Source of the DNA: Paramecium tetraurelia | Lineage: Eukaryota | Assembly (NCBI GenBank): GCA_000165425.1 | Contig: CT868024.1 | Location: 62,001-126,000, forward strand | DNA: 64,000 nt | Direction of reading: 5' to 3' | Shown: one piece after another, positions 39,199 to 53,308 of the stretch | Layout of the letters: each line of letters starts with the position of its first letter | How positions within the stretch are numbered: the stretch's first letter is position 1 | Position numbers and translations under genes: made by a program | Notes under the pieces: generated by a model | What the model was told of the DNA's origin: nothing | What the model saw: only the letters and a program-made list of their open reading frames with translations | Database searches by the model: none

Positions 39199-39223
39199 TT
39201 ATTTTAATTTAAAAAAATAAAAG

Positions 39224-40658
39224 ATGTCGGAACCATAAGTATATAATAAATTAATTAGGTTATATTTAATGTAGCCAAAAATGAATAAGGCCATCCCAGT
39301 CAGAATTACAAGAAGCTTGTTAAAAAGTATAAGAGTTAATATAAGGTAAGTTATGGATTTTTGAAATATTTAGTTTGGCTTAAACAAAGATGACTTAGTT
39401 ATAGACAAAATCAGAAATGCCAATTTACTCATTTTTGCTGGGTCCAGAGCTCCCTTTACTGAAAAAGGTATTTTTTATTTTGATTCCTAGAAATCAAATG
39501 CCTCGAAGAATATCTCAATGGCAGGAGGCAATGTATTAATCTTATTCTCTGATGGTGGTGAGAGTAAGTCTACTAGCAACTTAAATGCATTCATTGAGAA
39601 ATTTGGAATCTATGTGAACAACGATTGTGTTGTAAGGACATGCTATTTTAAATATTTTCACCCAAAAGAAGCATATATTTAATAAGGAGTTATCAATCAA
39701 GAAGTTTGAAAATCTATATTCTATTCAAGATAGTTCGTGTGATTAATGGTGAATAAAGAGAGACTAGAAAAAACAAGGCATCCACACCATACCTCTAAGG
39801 AGTCATCGAGATGGAAGATACTGAAATTAACAATCAAAGTGGCCTCGACTTTGTCTATCCCAACGGAGCCACTCTAATTGTGAAGGACAAGGCCTTCCCC
39901 ATCCTATCCACTGGCCCTATGTCTTATCCATGCGAAAAACCAATCATGGCCGTCAATCAAGAAAAGGGTAAACTAGTAGTCGTAGGCTCAACCGACATAT
40001 TCAATGATGAATACTTTGAGAAGGATGACAATCAAAAGATTTTTGACTTCCTCTTAAAGTTCTTCTTAACAAAGGAGGTTGAATTCGATAAGAAAACTCC
40101 TTTCGCTGAAAACGATTGCAAAAATGCCCCTGATATTGCAGAGCTATCTGATAAACTAAAGAGTTGTTTACAAGAAAGTGAAGAACTACCAAAAGATGTG
40201 ACAACCTTGTTTGATTCAACCTTATTCAAATTTGATCTAGATCTCATTCCAGATGCAGTCAAGCTATATGAGACTCTCTGTAATGTTCAATCATATTCTA
40301 GAGGTCAAGCATGAACCACTGACTCTTATAGTTCCCCAATTTGAAACTCCCCTATTGGGATTACAACCAGCTGTCTTCCCGCCTATTCCAAGGGAATTAC
40401 CACCTCCTCCTCTTGAGTTGTTTGATTTAGACGAGGAGTTTGCTTCTGAAAAGTAATTTTATATGCAATATCTTACTCAGAACTCGTTTGGCGTAATTGA
40501 CAAACAAATGCACAAATGAAGATTTGGAATATTACGTAAAAGAGGCTGGAGATATCATAGGAATCACAGATAAATTAAAGAATAGACAAAAGGCATAGTC
40601 AGTAATCCATTATGTTCTGGAAAATTTAATCAATTTTAAAAAATTAAATTAAGGTTGA
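39224..40658 (+). CDS. IFT52: Intraflagellar transport protein 52 (apparent 1-nt insertion at about 39523)
   Basis: VVRTCYFKYFHPKE, FVYPNGATL, LIVPQFETPLLGLQPAVFPP, LELFDLDEEFASEKTRLAQLTNKC. Confidence 0.95.
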
Positions 40659-40756
40659 GCTTTATTAATAAATAAATATAAAGTTACATCTAATTATATC
40701 TTTTGTAGATTAACATACTGTTTTGCATATTGATATATATATAAATATAAATTAAT

Positions 40757-41870
40757 TCATAGTTTTCTGCATGAAAACTTTTTGTTTGTTGAATTTAAAT
40801 CAACTTTATTTAAAGATGATGTTCTGATATGTTATTATGAAAAATTTGAATGTTCCAATCGAGATTTCAACTTATTCCATAAATCTTCAATCAAATTGTA
40901 CATTCTTGAATTTTATTTTATCAATTTTAGCATTTCATTACTTTTTATGGCTCTATAAAGGATGTTTGAGACTAGTTACAACGAATCTTAAGTAGACAAC
41001 AATTCGGGTTCAATTATTTAATCATTTTATAGGATTTTTATTTACTCCATTAACTAAATCATATTCATTCAAATGTTTACTTCTTTCAATTTAATATTAT
41101 GATGCTTCTTTAATTACATGATTTCTTCCTTTATATCTTCCATGTGTATCCAATCTTAAATCACCTAGAGTCTTTCATTTTTATTGATTTTAATCGCCTC
41201 TTTAATTGCTAGCACAATGTTGTCCTATTCAACTGATGAAAACTAAGCCAAGAGCATCTAGAATGGATTATTTAGTTCAAAATTATTGAGTTACTATTGC
41301 TTATTGTATATCTATTGTAATTCATTGGTTAATTGAATGATTTGCCAATTCTACTATTACATAGTTTATTGATAAAACTATTCTTTTTCATTCTGCTCGT
41401 TAATAAGCTCATTGATTTTATTCTTCTAAGCATTGATTTCAATTTCATATGATTTATTCTAAGTAATTAGTAATCCATTCTCTTTTTTTATAGACTTAAT
41501 TTAATTGAAGATCTCCTCTTTTTGAAATTGCAATTGCATAACATTTTCTTATAAGATCTCTAATTTTGGCTTGGGTAGAATTTCTGTTTATATTTCTTTG
41601 TTTAGTTAATTTATTTAGATTTTATTCAAAGATTGGCTGAATATGTCCTTTTTTTGGTAACGCAAAGGCAGAAACCTCCTCATAATAACCTTAATACTAT
41701 CTACTATCAGCTGTGGTCATGCTATGCATATCTGTCGAACTTTTTGATCTATTTTGCCTTGAGAGATCTTAGATTTACGACAATTCTTATTGAAAATATT
41801 CTAGTCTTTTAACCTACTCTCTAATTTTAGGTTTTTGAGTTTGAAAACTGAAAATCATTTGTTTATCCAT
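40757..41870 (-). CDS. Coiled-coil protein
   Basis: Open code-6 frame starting MDKQMIFSFQ. Confidence 0.7.
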
Positions 41871-42265
41871 AATATTCAAATTTTAACAGTAATATATTGA
41901 ATTAATTTGTTATAATTATATAAGATAAAGTATATTTTCTTTTTGTATTATACAAGAAAAAAACAAAACTAATTTTATAGCTTTACTTTTGCAATTGCTA
42001 ATTCGATGCTACAACTTAATAAGGGTTATTATTAAAGTAAAATCAATTTATATTCACTCTCTGAAACAATTATTGGAAATACTTTTTTTATAAGCTTTGA
42101 ACCAGTTTCATTAGTTCATTTGAATATAATCATATATAATATTTCACATGGTATGGAAAGTTCAACTATTGTTAGCAAAATAGATTCAATAGATTAACTA
42201 AGATAATTAAAATATGAGTTAATGATAACTTTGATATGCTAAAATAATTATGAATAATGAATTCA

Positions 42266-43641
42266 TCACATTGTTAAGAATTTTTCTAACATAGCATAAG
42301 CACCCAAGGGATTATCAGTAGGGACCATATGACCTGCTGTGTAAATTGTTGCATAGATGAAATTTTCATATTGCTTCCAGGTTCCTTGTGTCTCTTTGTT
42401 CACAACAATCATTTCCTTCTTAGCACTTTTCCATTGTCCAATTTTGTCCCAATTCAATTAACTCATCCACATGACAGCCCCAGGAGTATTAACGATATAA
42501 TCTAATTACCCATTGAACAATAAGACTTTGATGTTGCTTTCTAACAAGACCTCAATGTCACCCTTTCTGCTTGTAGGAATATCCAAAGCAAAGGCATCAA
42601 AGGTAGGTCCATCACATCCTTCGAATTAAGTTTTAGTGGTTGGAGCCTTGAATTAAGTCTTTAGATAAAAGTTCAAAAATCTCTCATGAGAAGTATCTTC
42701 TATGTCTTATCCTTGGTATTGTCTGAAGTTGTAAACGTTGATTCCACCAGCCATATTAATGGTTTCATCATCTGACAACAAGTCGAATTATTTGTATGCC
42801 AATTTCATATTTCCATCCAAAATGGCATTCTACCCTATGGCTATGTTATTCTGTATTATTTTGAATTGTCTTTCTGTGATTGTACCAATTGTGTACAAAT
42901 AGGAAGCATATTAGGAAAATTATTAAAATGGCTATGTCCAGCCATCTCCTATGGCAACTCCCTTAAAATTGACGATGGTCAACTTCTAAGTCAATATTTA
43001 GATGGCTATGGCAGGGATGTAATGTCCAGCGAAACTTTCTCCCATAATATACAATTAAGTTCTCTATAGAATTGTGTGTTTGTTGTAGAGGACTCGAAGG
43101 AAATTAGCGAAATACTTGGCGGCAGTTTCAGTATTTGAGACCACAAATCCATCTTTTGCACCACTCATCCCGACTCTTAATGGTTAATCGACAAATAATT
43201 GATGTGTCAACTTATTCCAAGATTAAGGCTATCCCATATTCAATAAATAATTACTCTCTCCTCAACCTTGTAATTGTCTTTGCTCACTTCCACCACCTTA
43301 TAAGGACCTATCTCTTAAAAGTTTCCAAATTGTGATGAACAACCTGGACCACACATTTCAGCCAGATAACCAAAATATCGTCCTATTTTATTTGGTCTAA
43401 GCTCATGGTTCCTTGTTTTAAAAACATGTGGTAGAACATTTCCCCAACGGCTGTCTATCCATCCTCTAAGTCCTTTAATGTAACATATCCTGTTTCGATG
43501 TATTATTTCGGATCTGCACCCAACAATTATTTGTAAAAATCTGTGCAATTAATTACAACCATTGATACCTGTCTAAACTGTAGTTTGCACATCTCCTTAA
43601 CAAAGGACTAAACTAAATAATCCAATCAGAATATATATCAT
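42266..43641 (-). CDS. Serine carboxypeptidase (S10 family), secreted; apparent 1-nt insertions in the 5' part
   Basis: Signal peptide, WL(NG)GPGCSS, FVDQP, GESFAGHY (catalytic Ser), AGHMVPTDNP (catalytic His). Confidence 0.92.
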
Positions 43642-43911
43642 TTTTTTGAATATTTTTTTATATTTAATTTCTTAATTTCTTACATTAAGTTTTTACAGGG
43701 ATTATTACAAAAATTGCATCACTACTATGCTATTCGATGATTGTCACTCCTACTTGTGAGAATGCACATTTCTAATTAATACAACTTAAAATCAACTATA
43801 TAATTATTTCTGGTATTTAGCTTATAATAATTAATATATCAATTTATTACATTTTGATGCCTTTCATAGATATTAGAAAATAAATGCCTTCCTTGGACTC
43901 GCAAGAAATTT

Positions 43912-44361
43912 ATGAACTATACCTATTCCCAGAGACCTTCCTCGTATTACAAAATCATCACAAACACTGTGGCTATTGCCTATTTTGGATATTTTTATGG
44001 GATGGCCGAGGCCATATATAAAAATAAATCGAAATTCATCTAATCAAACAAGTATTGCTTTTATGGATTATTGGCTGGATACACTCATTAGCAATTGAAT
44101 GAAATAGGCACTGGCATATTAATAAGAAACTATGGATTTGATTAGTATTGGCTATCTAATACAGCAGCAGGACTGATTAACTGTGGAATCATTTACAGTG
44201 CAATGCAATTGAGAAACAGTGAGAATGGACAATTCATTAAAGCCCAAAAGTACGCAGGAACAATTTGTTTGATATCTATGTTCTTGGATCTGTTCAGTCA
44301 AATGCAGAGGGATCTGTATTTAGAATATCCGCAACAAGGGAAGGAGAGGAAGAAATACTGA
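43912..44361 (+). CDS. Small multi-pass membrane protein (Tim17-family-like pattern); may start at 43857
   Basis: 149-aa frame with Gly/Ala-rich hydrophobic segments. Confidence 0.6.
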
Positions 44362-44425
44362 AATTATTTTGTAAATTTATTTGAATTAAATAGCATTGAT
44401 TTATATATTATTATTACTTATACTA

Positions 44426-46490
44426 ATGAAGGTTTAAGATTTTTCTGAAAAGTAAGCCAAACCCATCGATTCACGATTGATGAATGGTCCATTACAAGAT
44501 CGCCACTGCACAGATATCATATGTTGTTTATTATTTATTGCGTCATTCATTTTCATGTGGTGAGTTATTTTATTTTACAACCTTAGGTATATTGCTATAA
44601 CTGGGTACTCTTTGGGGAAAACCAGAAAGAATATTGGCAGCCTATGATTCTGATGGTACTGTTTCTCCATTATATTTAGGCAATGCTTGTGATCTGGATT
44701 TGCCAAGTTATCCCTTATTATACTCTCCCTATTATTCATCCTGATTACTATAACAAGACAGTCTGTGTGGAAAGATGCCCAGCAAATACATCAGACACTG
44801 TTAAATGTTAGACAAATAAAAATATCACATCCTGTCCTAGAGATTGTACAAAAGTTTCAGTTAATACATCTGCTACTTTTGATTTCACTTCTGTGGATTC
44901 AATGAAGACCTACGTCGACACAATCACAAGTTCAGTCACTAATCCTGAGAATTGGATTTGTCTCTATGGGAGTGAACCCATTTTCTCAAGAGCATGTTTT
45001 CCAAGTACAGCTTTAGACATTCTGAATTAAACCTCTAATTTCAGTTCTTCTATTGACTTGAATAGATTGACATCCTGGTTATATGACCTTTCTGTTGCCA
45101 AATATATCATTCTTGCATCATTTTTTATAGCATTCGGTTTAGGGTAAAAACTGTAAATTTATAATGATAGATTAATTTACATGGTGATTCTAAGATTTTT
45201 GGGAGGATTATTTGTATGGTTGACAATCTTGCTCTACTTTGTTGGAATTTCAGTTTTGGCAGGTTACACTTGGAATTAGCACTTATATTATTTGAAGTAC
45301 ATAACATTCTATATTTTAGTGATTCTCAATAATCAGCCTCAGCAGGTTCGACTAATGCATCTGATAATGCAAAAGCCTTAGAATATATATTTTATATTGA
45401 AATAGCTTGGATAGCATTTTCAATTCTTGCCTTTTTTTTGCATTTTCAACAAAATCAGATTGGCTATAGGAAGTAGTGAAGACAGCTACTCTCTATGTGA
45501 GAGATAACTTTTCTGTTATGATTGTACCCTCCAGTGATTGGAATTTGTTTAGGAGTCTTGTGGGTTTGGTGGATTGTATCAGTTGTGTAATAAATATCAG
45601 TAATTTATAAGATACATTGTTGGTCTTGGAAACATCAAGGGAGATGGCAGTACTCCTTTTGCTTCAGTAACATTTGACAATACAACTAGAAACATGGTTT
45701 ATTACTTTATGTTTGGTGGGTTATGGAAATAGGCCTTTTTGTTGGCTCTGAATCAATTCATAATTGGTTGTTCAGTGTGCATATGGTATTTCAATTAAGG
45801 ACCAGGCTAATCCTATACTGGCAACTTATTCTAAAGTATTTATTGGGCATTTCGTTATCATCTTGGATCATTGGCATTTGGTTCTTTTATATTGGCAGTG
45901 GTTCAATTCATTCGATTGATGTTGGAATATGCAAAATATCAGACAAAATAGATGTCAGGAGATAACAAATGCACTAAATGCATACTAGATTGTCTCTCTT
46001 GTTTGGTGGCCTGTTTTGAGAGATTCATCGAATTCCTTAATAAAAATGCTTACATTCAAATTGCATTGACGAGCAAGAGTTTCTGTCCAGCTGCTAAAGA
46101 TGCTTTTGAATCAATATGGGCTAATACCATGAGGTACAGTCTAGTTTCTGGTATTGGTTCCATTTTTACATTCGTAAAACTTTATTTATATTCAAATAGA
46201 TTGGTAAGTTATTTGTTGGTTTTGCTACAGTTCTGTTCTCATATGAAATCTTTATCAATGTGGAACCATATAAAACAGATCTAGCATCTCCAATTGTACC
46301 ATCAATAGTCTGCTTTATTATAGCATATATGGTGGCAATTCTATTCATGAGTATCTATTAAATGGCATGTGATGCTGTGTTGACTTGTTTCATTTATGAC
46401 GAAGAATTAAATAAGTAGAATGGTGGAATGTCAGCATAACATTGTCCAGAGACATTAAGAGAATGGTTTGATGGTACTTAATCATCATGA
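44426..46490 (+). CDS. Choline transporter-like (CTL/SLC44) protein with several 1-nt frameshifts
   Basis: RHCTDIICCLLF, YDSDGNAC, RYHLGSLAFGSFILA, FERFIEFLNKNAYIQIA...FCPAAKDAF. Confidence 0.9.
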
Positions 46491-46768
46491 TATTAAATTT
46501 TTATAAAAATAATTTGATGATTAAATTACTACTAAAAATAATCATAATGTTTTAATGTTTTTATTCATCTAATTGATCTCTCTCTAATTGGTTAAAATTA
46601 TATGATGATAAATGTATCTAAATTAAATATTTTGACCATTATATCAAAAATAAAAAAAGTAATGATCAGACTTATATTCAGATATGTCATTATTTATTAA
46701 TTGAAATTATAATTGTCATATTGGAATATATCAATTTTCTTTTATTAATATATTTAATATTAATAAAA

Positions 46769-49016
46769 ATGAAATTCCTTTTCTATTCCATATGTTTCCT
46801 CCTGCTGAGTATGTAAATCAAGGCAAATGAGGAAAATAACACTAAGTGTAAAGAATATTTTACAAGCTTTTTCGAGGCAATAGCTAATGGTGAAATTCCA
46901 AAGAACATATCAGCATAATCTATACTTAGTTCTGGAAAAGGACTTTAAGATTTAGGTTCCTATCTAGTTTGTAGAGACTCTGTCGACTTGCATTACATTC
47001 ACTTGAGAATGATCAGCGGAGGAAGACCATTGCATATGGGATTTTGTTTACCTTAGTTTTGCGAAATGAATTATCTGTAGACGTTCAATGAAACTACAAA
47101 ATCGTTCATCAACAATCTAACTGTACTTATCCGTAATTTCCCTAGCATCTCCAATACAATAGGTCAATGGTTGATAGTGTTTCCTACTAGGATCCAGAAC
47201 TCATGTATCCAGAATGGGGTATTGGCACCTATTTGACTCTTATGTTGTTGATAGTAGTTGTTGGCCTCAATGTTACGGGAAGCATTTTGTCCATAATGGC
47301 AGAAAACAAAAAGAAAGCTTATTCGGAAGACTTATAGATAGAGATAAAGAAGAAGGCTGCTGAGAAAATAAATGATTCTAAAATTGAAGATCCATCCTTC
47401 CAAGCAGATATAATAGATGAACAGTACAGGAGATCGGAATTGATTTGTAAATAAATATGTCATTATACAATATAGAGAATGAAATCATGGAAAATTAGGA
47501 ATCTGCTTTCATGAGTGGCAAAGGGCAATTTGAGGAAATTAAATATGAGAAATACAAAGAACCATCATGGGAACGACTTGCCTTAAGCTTTTCCTTTGTT
47601 CACAACTACCAAAAATTATTCAAAATCAATGAACCCAAAGGTGAGAATGAAGGTTTTGTAATTTTTAATGGAATAAGATCCTTATCAATATTTTGGGTTA
47701 TCTTTGGTCATGATTAACTGATCAGAGGATCTAATTCCTTCAATCTAATTGACATCCCCTACAAGATCACAGAGCCTGGGTGGGTGACACTAACACCTGC
47801 AGCATACTTTGCAGTTGATACATTCTTTTTTGTGGGAGGCTTTTTGGCTACTGTTTTACTGTTGGAGAAGTTGACCAAATTGAGAACAATCAAATTTACA
47901 TTGGTGCCAGCAATGTGGTTACATAGATTCTTAAGAATATGGCCAACATATGCATTTTGCATTTTAATGTATTGGCAATTGAGTGTGTATTGGTCAGATG
48001 GACCAATCTGGAATGAATACATAGCATCGACATCCACTTGCAACGCGTAATGGTGGAAGAATCTATTGTTCATTGACAATATGTTTTCGCATGCAAACAA
48101 TGGATTAAGTTATTGTTATGGATGGGGCTGGTATTTGTCTAATGATTTTCAAATATTTCTAATCACTCCAATCTTACTGATCATCTATGCAAAAAATACA
48201 AAAATCGGATTAGCAAGTATTATTTCGTTGTTAGTCGGAAGCATCTTCTCAGCCTATTACATTGCTTTTTCTCACAATTACCATTTGTAAATAGGGACTC
48301 CCAATTCCAAACCACAACCAGATTATCAAGATGTATTCTACTATAAACCTTGGGTCCGAATCTCTCCTTACCTAATTGGAATCCTCTTTGGACTTTTCTA
48401 TAGAAATTACATTAGCGGTTAAAATTAAAAGATTGTTGATTTGGCTCAGAAGATCAAGGATAGTGTGTTTATCAGAACACTGCTATATGTCATTGGAATT
48501 GGATTGACTCAGACCATCATTTGGATCATTATACCACTCCAAAAGGATATGGATGCTTGGCCTCCATAAGCCTAATATTTCTACCAGGCTTTCAATAGAG
48601 TACTTTTTGTAATAGGTGTTGGATTTTGCATTACTCCTGCTTTGCTAGGTTGCAAGAATGACCCATCAAGATTAATGTATACAAATAATGAAATTTTAGA
48701 CTCGGACACCCCTTTTGGTAACCAATAGCCAGAATATCATTTTGCATGTACTTGACACATTTCATTGTGATCTTGTTCATGACTTTCAGTTCAACACAAT
48801 TAGTTTATTATCAATACTCTCACATTCTATTTTTCACACTTACTGATATCGTCTACACAATTGTAGTCGGAGGTCTCGTAAGTTTAGCCATTGAAGTATA
48901 GCATTCGTATAATGTAGGTGCCTTGCATGAATCTTGAGAAGATCCTATTTGCTCCCAAGAAACACGAAGCCGTAAAGTTGAACAACAATTAATTAGGTGA
49001 GTAGATTGATTTATGA
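46769..49016 (+). CDS. Acyltransferase-3 (NRF-6/OafA-like) membrane protein
   Basis: SGKGLQDLGSYLVC, FNGIRSLSIFWVIFGH, AVDTFFFVGGFL, HRFLRIWP, WGWYLSNDFQ, ISFCMYLTH. Confidence 0.9.
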
Positions 49017-49139
49017 ACATTTGTTTTATGTATTGGTATAATTGGGATATCAATTAAATCAGGTTTTCCTCCAATGAGATTCCCCCATATTCAATCGTAT
49101 TACATATGATTCAATACATAAATATTAAATATTTAAAAA

Positions 49140-50601
49140 ATGAAGCTTAAAAGGTTTCTTCTGAGATATTATCCTCCTGGCATAATTTTGGAGTACATTC
49201 GCAGTAATGGAGAATAAGAAACGAAATCTATTGACTTGCTAAATTTGAGCAATGAGTATAGTTTGAAGTCTAACATAATAGTACAGATGTAGATCAATTA
49301 GTTGAAGAAATAGTCATGGAAGAGCCAATCATTTCAGAGAGTCGGAAACCCTAACTCGCAGCCTTAATCAGAAGTAACACAAAATCTAAGCTTTATTAGA
49401 ATTAATAGATAAAATTGAATCAAAAAAAGAGCAATAATTTGAATTATTCAAAACTCTTAAGGCTCATATGCTGCCTCTGACAAATTGTGCATTCAATAAA
49501 AATGGAGACAAGTACTTAGTTTGAGTTGATATATAAAATAGGTTTATCACAGGTAGCTATGACAGAACATGTAAAGTGTGGGATACTTTTACAGGAGAGG
49601 AAATAGTATCTCTGGAAGGTCATAAAAATGTTGTATATTGTATTGCATTTAACAATCCATTTGGGTATTAAAGCTGAAATATATCAATAGTGATCGGGTG
49701 GTAACAGGATCATTTGATAAGACTGCGAAAATATGGGATGCTAATTCAGGCAAATGTCTATAAACTCTAGTGGGACATAATTACGAAATAGTGTGCACAT
49801 CTTTTGATCCTCATTCTTTAATCGTGGCTACAGGATCAATGGATAAAACTGCTAGGTTGTGGGATGTAGAAAGTGGAAAGTAAATAGCAAGGCTAGATGG
49901 ACATGATGGAGAAATTGTTAGTTTGCATTTCAATTCAGATGGAGATAAATTATTGACAGGTTCATTTGATAAAACTGCAATGATCTGGGATGTTAGATCA
50001 GGAGAGTGTATTCATATGTTGGATGAACACACAGGAGAAATATCAAGTACTTAATTCGAGTTTACAGGTGATTATTGTGCTACTGGATCTATTGATAAGT
50101 AAATACATATATATAATTAAATTAGGACTTGTAAAATCTGGGATATCAAAACAGGTAAATGCATAGAAACCTTGAGAGGACACAAAGACGAAGTTTAAGA
50201 CATCTGTTTCAACTCCACAGGTTCATCTATATATTTATTCTAGGCACTAGATTAGTGACAGTTTCAGCAGATGCCACAGGAAGAGTATACAATGTGCATA
50301 CTGGAGAATGCATTGCGTAATTACTTGGTCATAAGGGAGAAATATCCAAGGTTCAATTTAACCCCTCTGGTAACAAGATCATTACTGCTAGTGCAGACAA
50401 CACTGCCAGAATATTGTATGACTTTTAATTAATTCTTTAAATAGTTCAGAAACTGGTGAATGTTTGTAAGTACTTGAGGGACACACAGATGAAATATTTA
50501 GTTGCTCATTTAATTATGAAGGAGACATCATCATTACTGGGTCTAAAGATAATACATGTAAAATATGGAAAGAAGTCAATTTGCCAGTCAAAAATAAGTG
50601 A
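49140..50601 (+). CDS. DAW1: Dynein assembly factor with WD40 repeats (ODA16/WDR69)
   Basis: [20 protein letters not shown]-terminus, [13 protein letters not shown], eight WD repeats. Confidence 0.95.
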
Positions 50602-50725
50602 CAAATTCATTAATAATATATTTATTATTTTCAGCAACTTTTATATAGTTTCATTTGCTAAATTCATGTGAGAATAACAATAGAATAATTATAATTTATG
50701 ATTTTTAATAATCATCTCCAAATCT

Positions 50726-51010
50726 TCATTTTATTAATTTCTCCAATTCTCCCTTCTAGTCCAAATTCACTACGTCTGTGTATCCACCAACAAACCTTTA
50801 TTTAATGAATACCATTGGAATTGTGCTCCACTTCAATTTAACTACGAATTCGTTCACCTATTTTTCGTGTTCCTTCTCCTTTGTGATGTCTCTGTATTCA
50901 TAAGGTATATTTTTAGTCTCCAAAAAGCGCTTTAATTTATGGCAATATGGACAATAATCACCTCCATAGATTACCACAGGTTTATCTGATTTAATTTCTG
51001 AATGTTCCAT
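50726..51010 (-). CDS. Dithiol glutaredoxin
   Basis: 94 aa with CPYC, TIPMVFI and GGYTD. Confidence 0.93.
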
Positions 51011-51403
51011 AGATATGGTAACAATTTTATATTAATACTTATATTAATTATTTAATTTGCACGTATGATCAACAAGGTATTGTTGGCCATAAACTTTAAC
51101 TCTTATTTTCAGTGAAGCAAAGTCAATTAGACCAGGAGGGAGAGGTGAGATTCATGTGCCTCCTTTCTGATGTTCAGTTCAATAAAACTTAGAGGAGTAA
51201 TATAAAGATAGAAATATATTAATCTAATAATTTATCTGAATAATTATAAGTCCACATATACATTAGTATTTTCAATATATATATTATTAACAAATTTAAA
51301 TATATATAAAAGATTATAAGATTTTTTAAGTTCTGAAAACTGTTGTTATTTAATACAATACTATCATTCTCAAATGAGATCCTTTAGTGTAGTACGACCC
51401 TCA

Positions 51404-52017
51404 TCAAATCTTTGGTCTAGACACTTGCTTGATTATAACGGAGTTATATATTGTCTTTGCTCTTGTATGCGGCCAAATTATTAAAGAAGAGGCTGTGTTT
51501 GCGAAATAGGTTACTACCACCCTTGGGAATTGACCATTTGCTGGGTTTGCAATTACATTAGACATTAGTTTAAATATTGGTTTCTAGAATCAAATTAATA
51601 CACTTACTGTTGAAGAAGCATGTATGGATTCATGGACAAGCTCAGCTACATCAGTTAAATTTATTAGTTTAACTATAATTATAACGATTGAAATTATTGG
51701 TCGATGGGCGAAGTCTAGGTGGATTGGACTGGAGCCAACGATTCTTTTGTTTTATTGGTTTCTTAAGGTTTTTCAGGTAGAGATTCTAACTTAGAGGTAC
51801 TTCTTCTCTGACGTGTCTTCTTCTTCCCCACTCTTCCTTCCCTTCTGTAAGTTTGCAAAATAGCTTTAGACGTGCTAAACTTAATCCCAAATTCTTGGGC
51901 AGCCTACTTTATTGTTGATTATTTCGATTAGACTCTTTTAATAAAAGCCATTCTCACTGCTGGTGTGATTACAGCGTATTTTTTCCTCGTTTAACTACCA
52001 TCATTTAATGACTCCAT
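51404..52017 (-). CDS. Helix-turn-helix protein with Gln-rich tail (putative transcription factor)
   Basis: STIKQAAQEFGIKFSTSKAILQTYRREGRVGKK; one intron. Confidence 0.75.
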
Positions 52018-52162
52018 AATTTTAATATTTATAATTGATGAATTTAATTAAAGATAAGAACTTACATATTACATTAAATCATTATTCATAAGAGAAATTA
52101 CATTAATATATCCTATATACTTATTTTATACTAAAACAATTAATTAATTTAATACATACAAA

Positions 52163-53242
52163 ATGAATTAGGATATGATTATTATTGACGGATCATACAA
52201 TGAAGGAGGAGGATAAATGTTCAGAAGTGCCTTAGCTCTTTCGGTACTCTTTCAAAAACAATTTAAAATCACAAATATTAGATCCAACAGGCCAAATCCT
52301 GGAATAAATAACTAGCTTCTCAATTAGATCTCATTAATCACAAAAATTATCAAATCTGAAGTTGAAGGCCTTAAATTGGGTTCGGAAGAATTTTCATTCA
52401 GACCTCTTCACAAGTTTCTACCTGAAGACTTAGTTTGCCCAGCTCAAACAGCATAAAGTATAACCTTAATCTTGTAATCTTTGTTACCTATTTCTATTAA
52501 TGCTCAAAAACAAGTCTCCATTACCATACACGGAGGAACTTATTTAAATCATTGTCCTACCATCTAAGCTTGGAGCACAATCTTCCTCCCAATAATAAAC
52601 TAAATGGGTCTCAAATGTGATGTTAAGGTTTTAAAGGAGGGCTACTATCCTTAAGGAGGAGGCTAGATTCAAGCTGTGCTTCAGCCTGTATAAAATACAC
52701 TCAATTAATTAATTAAGAAAGAATATACTAAAATTAATAAATTGAATTGCACTTACTTATTAGGATCTCCAAGTGACACTCAAATATTTGATCATTAGAT
52801 AGTGGATGAATTGAAATAATATGCTGAGAATGACTAATTAATCATAAACAGTGAAATAAAAATCGTTAATTCAAAAAAGTTCAAGAAATGCTATGGGATT
52901 TCTCTGGTTAGTCATTCGAATTTGAATTCTTATGACTATACTATAATAAATGACAGCGATAAAACAATTGAAGAAACTCTAGCTAATGTAATAGGAAATG
53001 CTAAATCATAACTGGAATAATAAAATTGCTTTGATGATCATCATTAGGATTAACTTCCTTTATTGATGGCTTTGGCAAAAGGTAAATCGGAAATTTTGGT
53101 TAGTAAGCCCACTTCCCATACTGAATCTTTAAAGTATGTGATTTAGAAATTCCTTCCAGAGTGCTAGATAGAATTTGAGAAGTCAAATATAAAGGACAAT
53201 TTTATAATATCAGTCTAAGGAGTAGGTTATGTGTTTGAATGA
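52163..53242 (+). CDS. RTCA: RNA 3'-terminal phosphate cyclase
   Basis: IDGSYNEGGGQMFRSALALS, IRSNRPNPG, GYYPQGGG, DDHHQDQL, TSHTES; intronless, 359 aa. Confidence 0.9.
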
Positions 53243-53308
53243 ATAGTTATATGTAACTAATATACAGAAAAAAACAAAACTAAATTCAATAAACACACAT
53301 TCGCAATC

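Noticed and set aside
43690..43790. Sm-site-like AATTTTTG on the minus strand, and a TGAGAATG 8-mer shared with the region upstream of the trichocyst gene
   Set aside because: No snRNA-like flanking stems, and the 8-mer also occurs inside several coding regions
51404..52017. HTH protein as a possible Tc1/mariner transposase
   Set aside because: No DDE domain and no terminal inverted repeats
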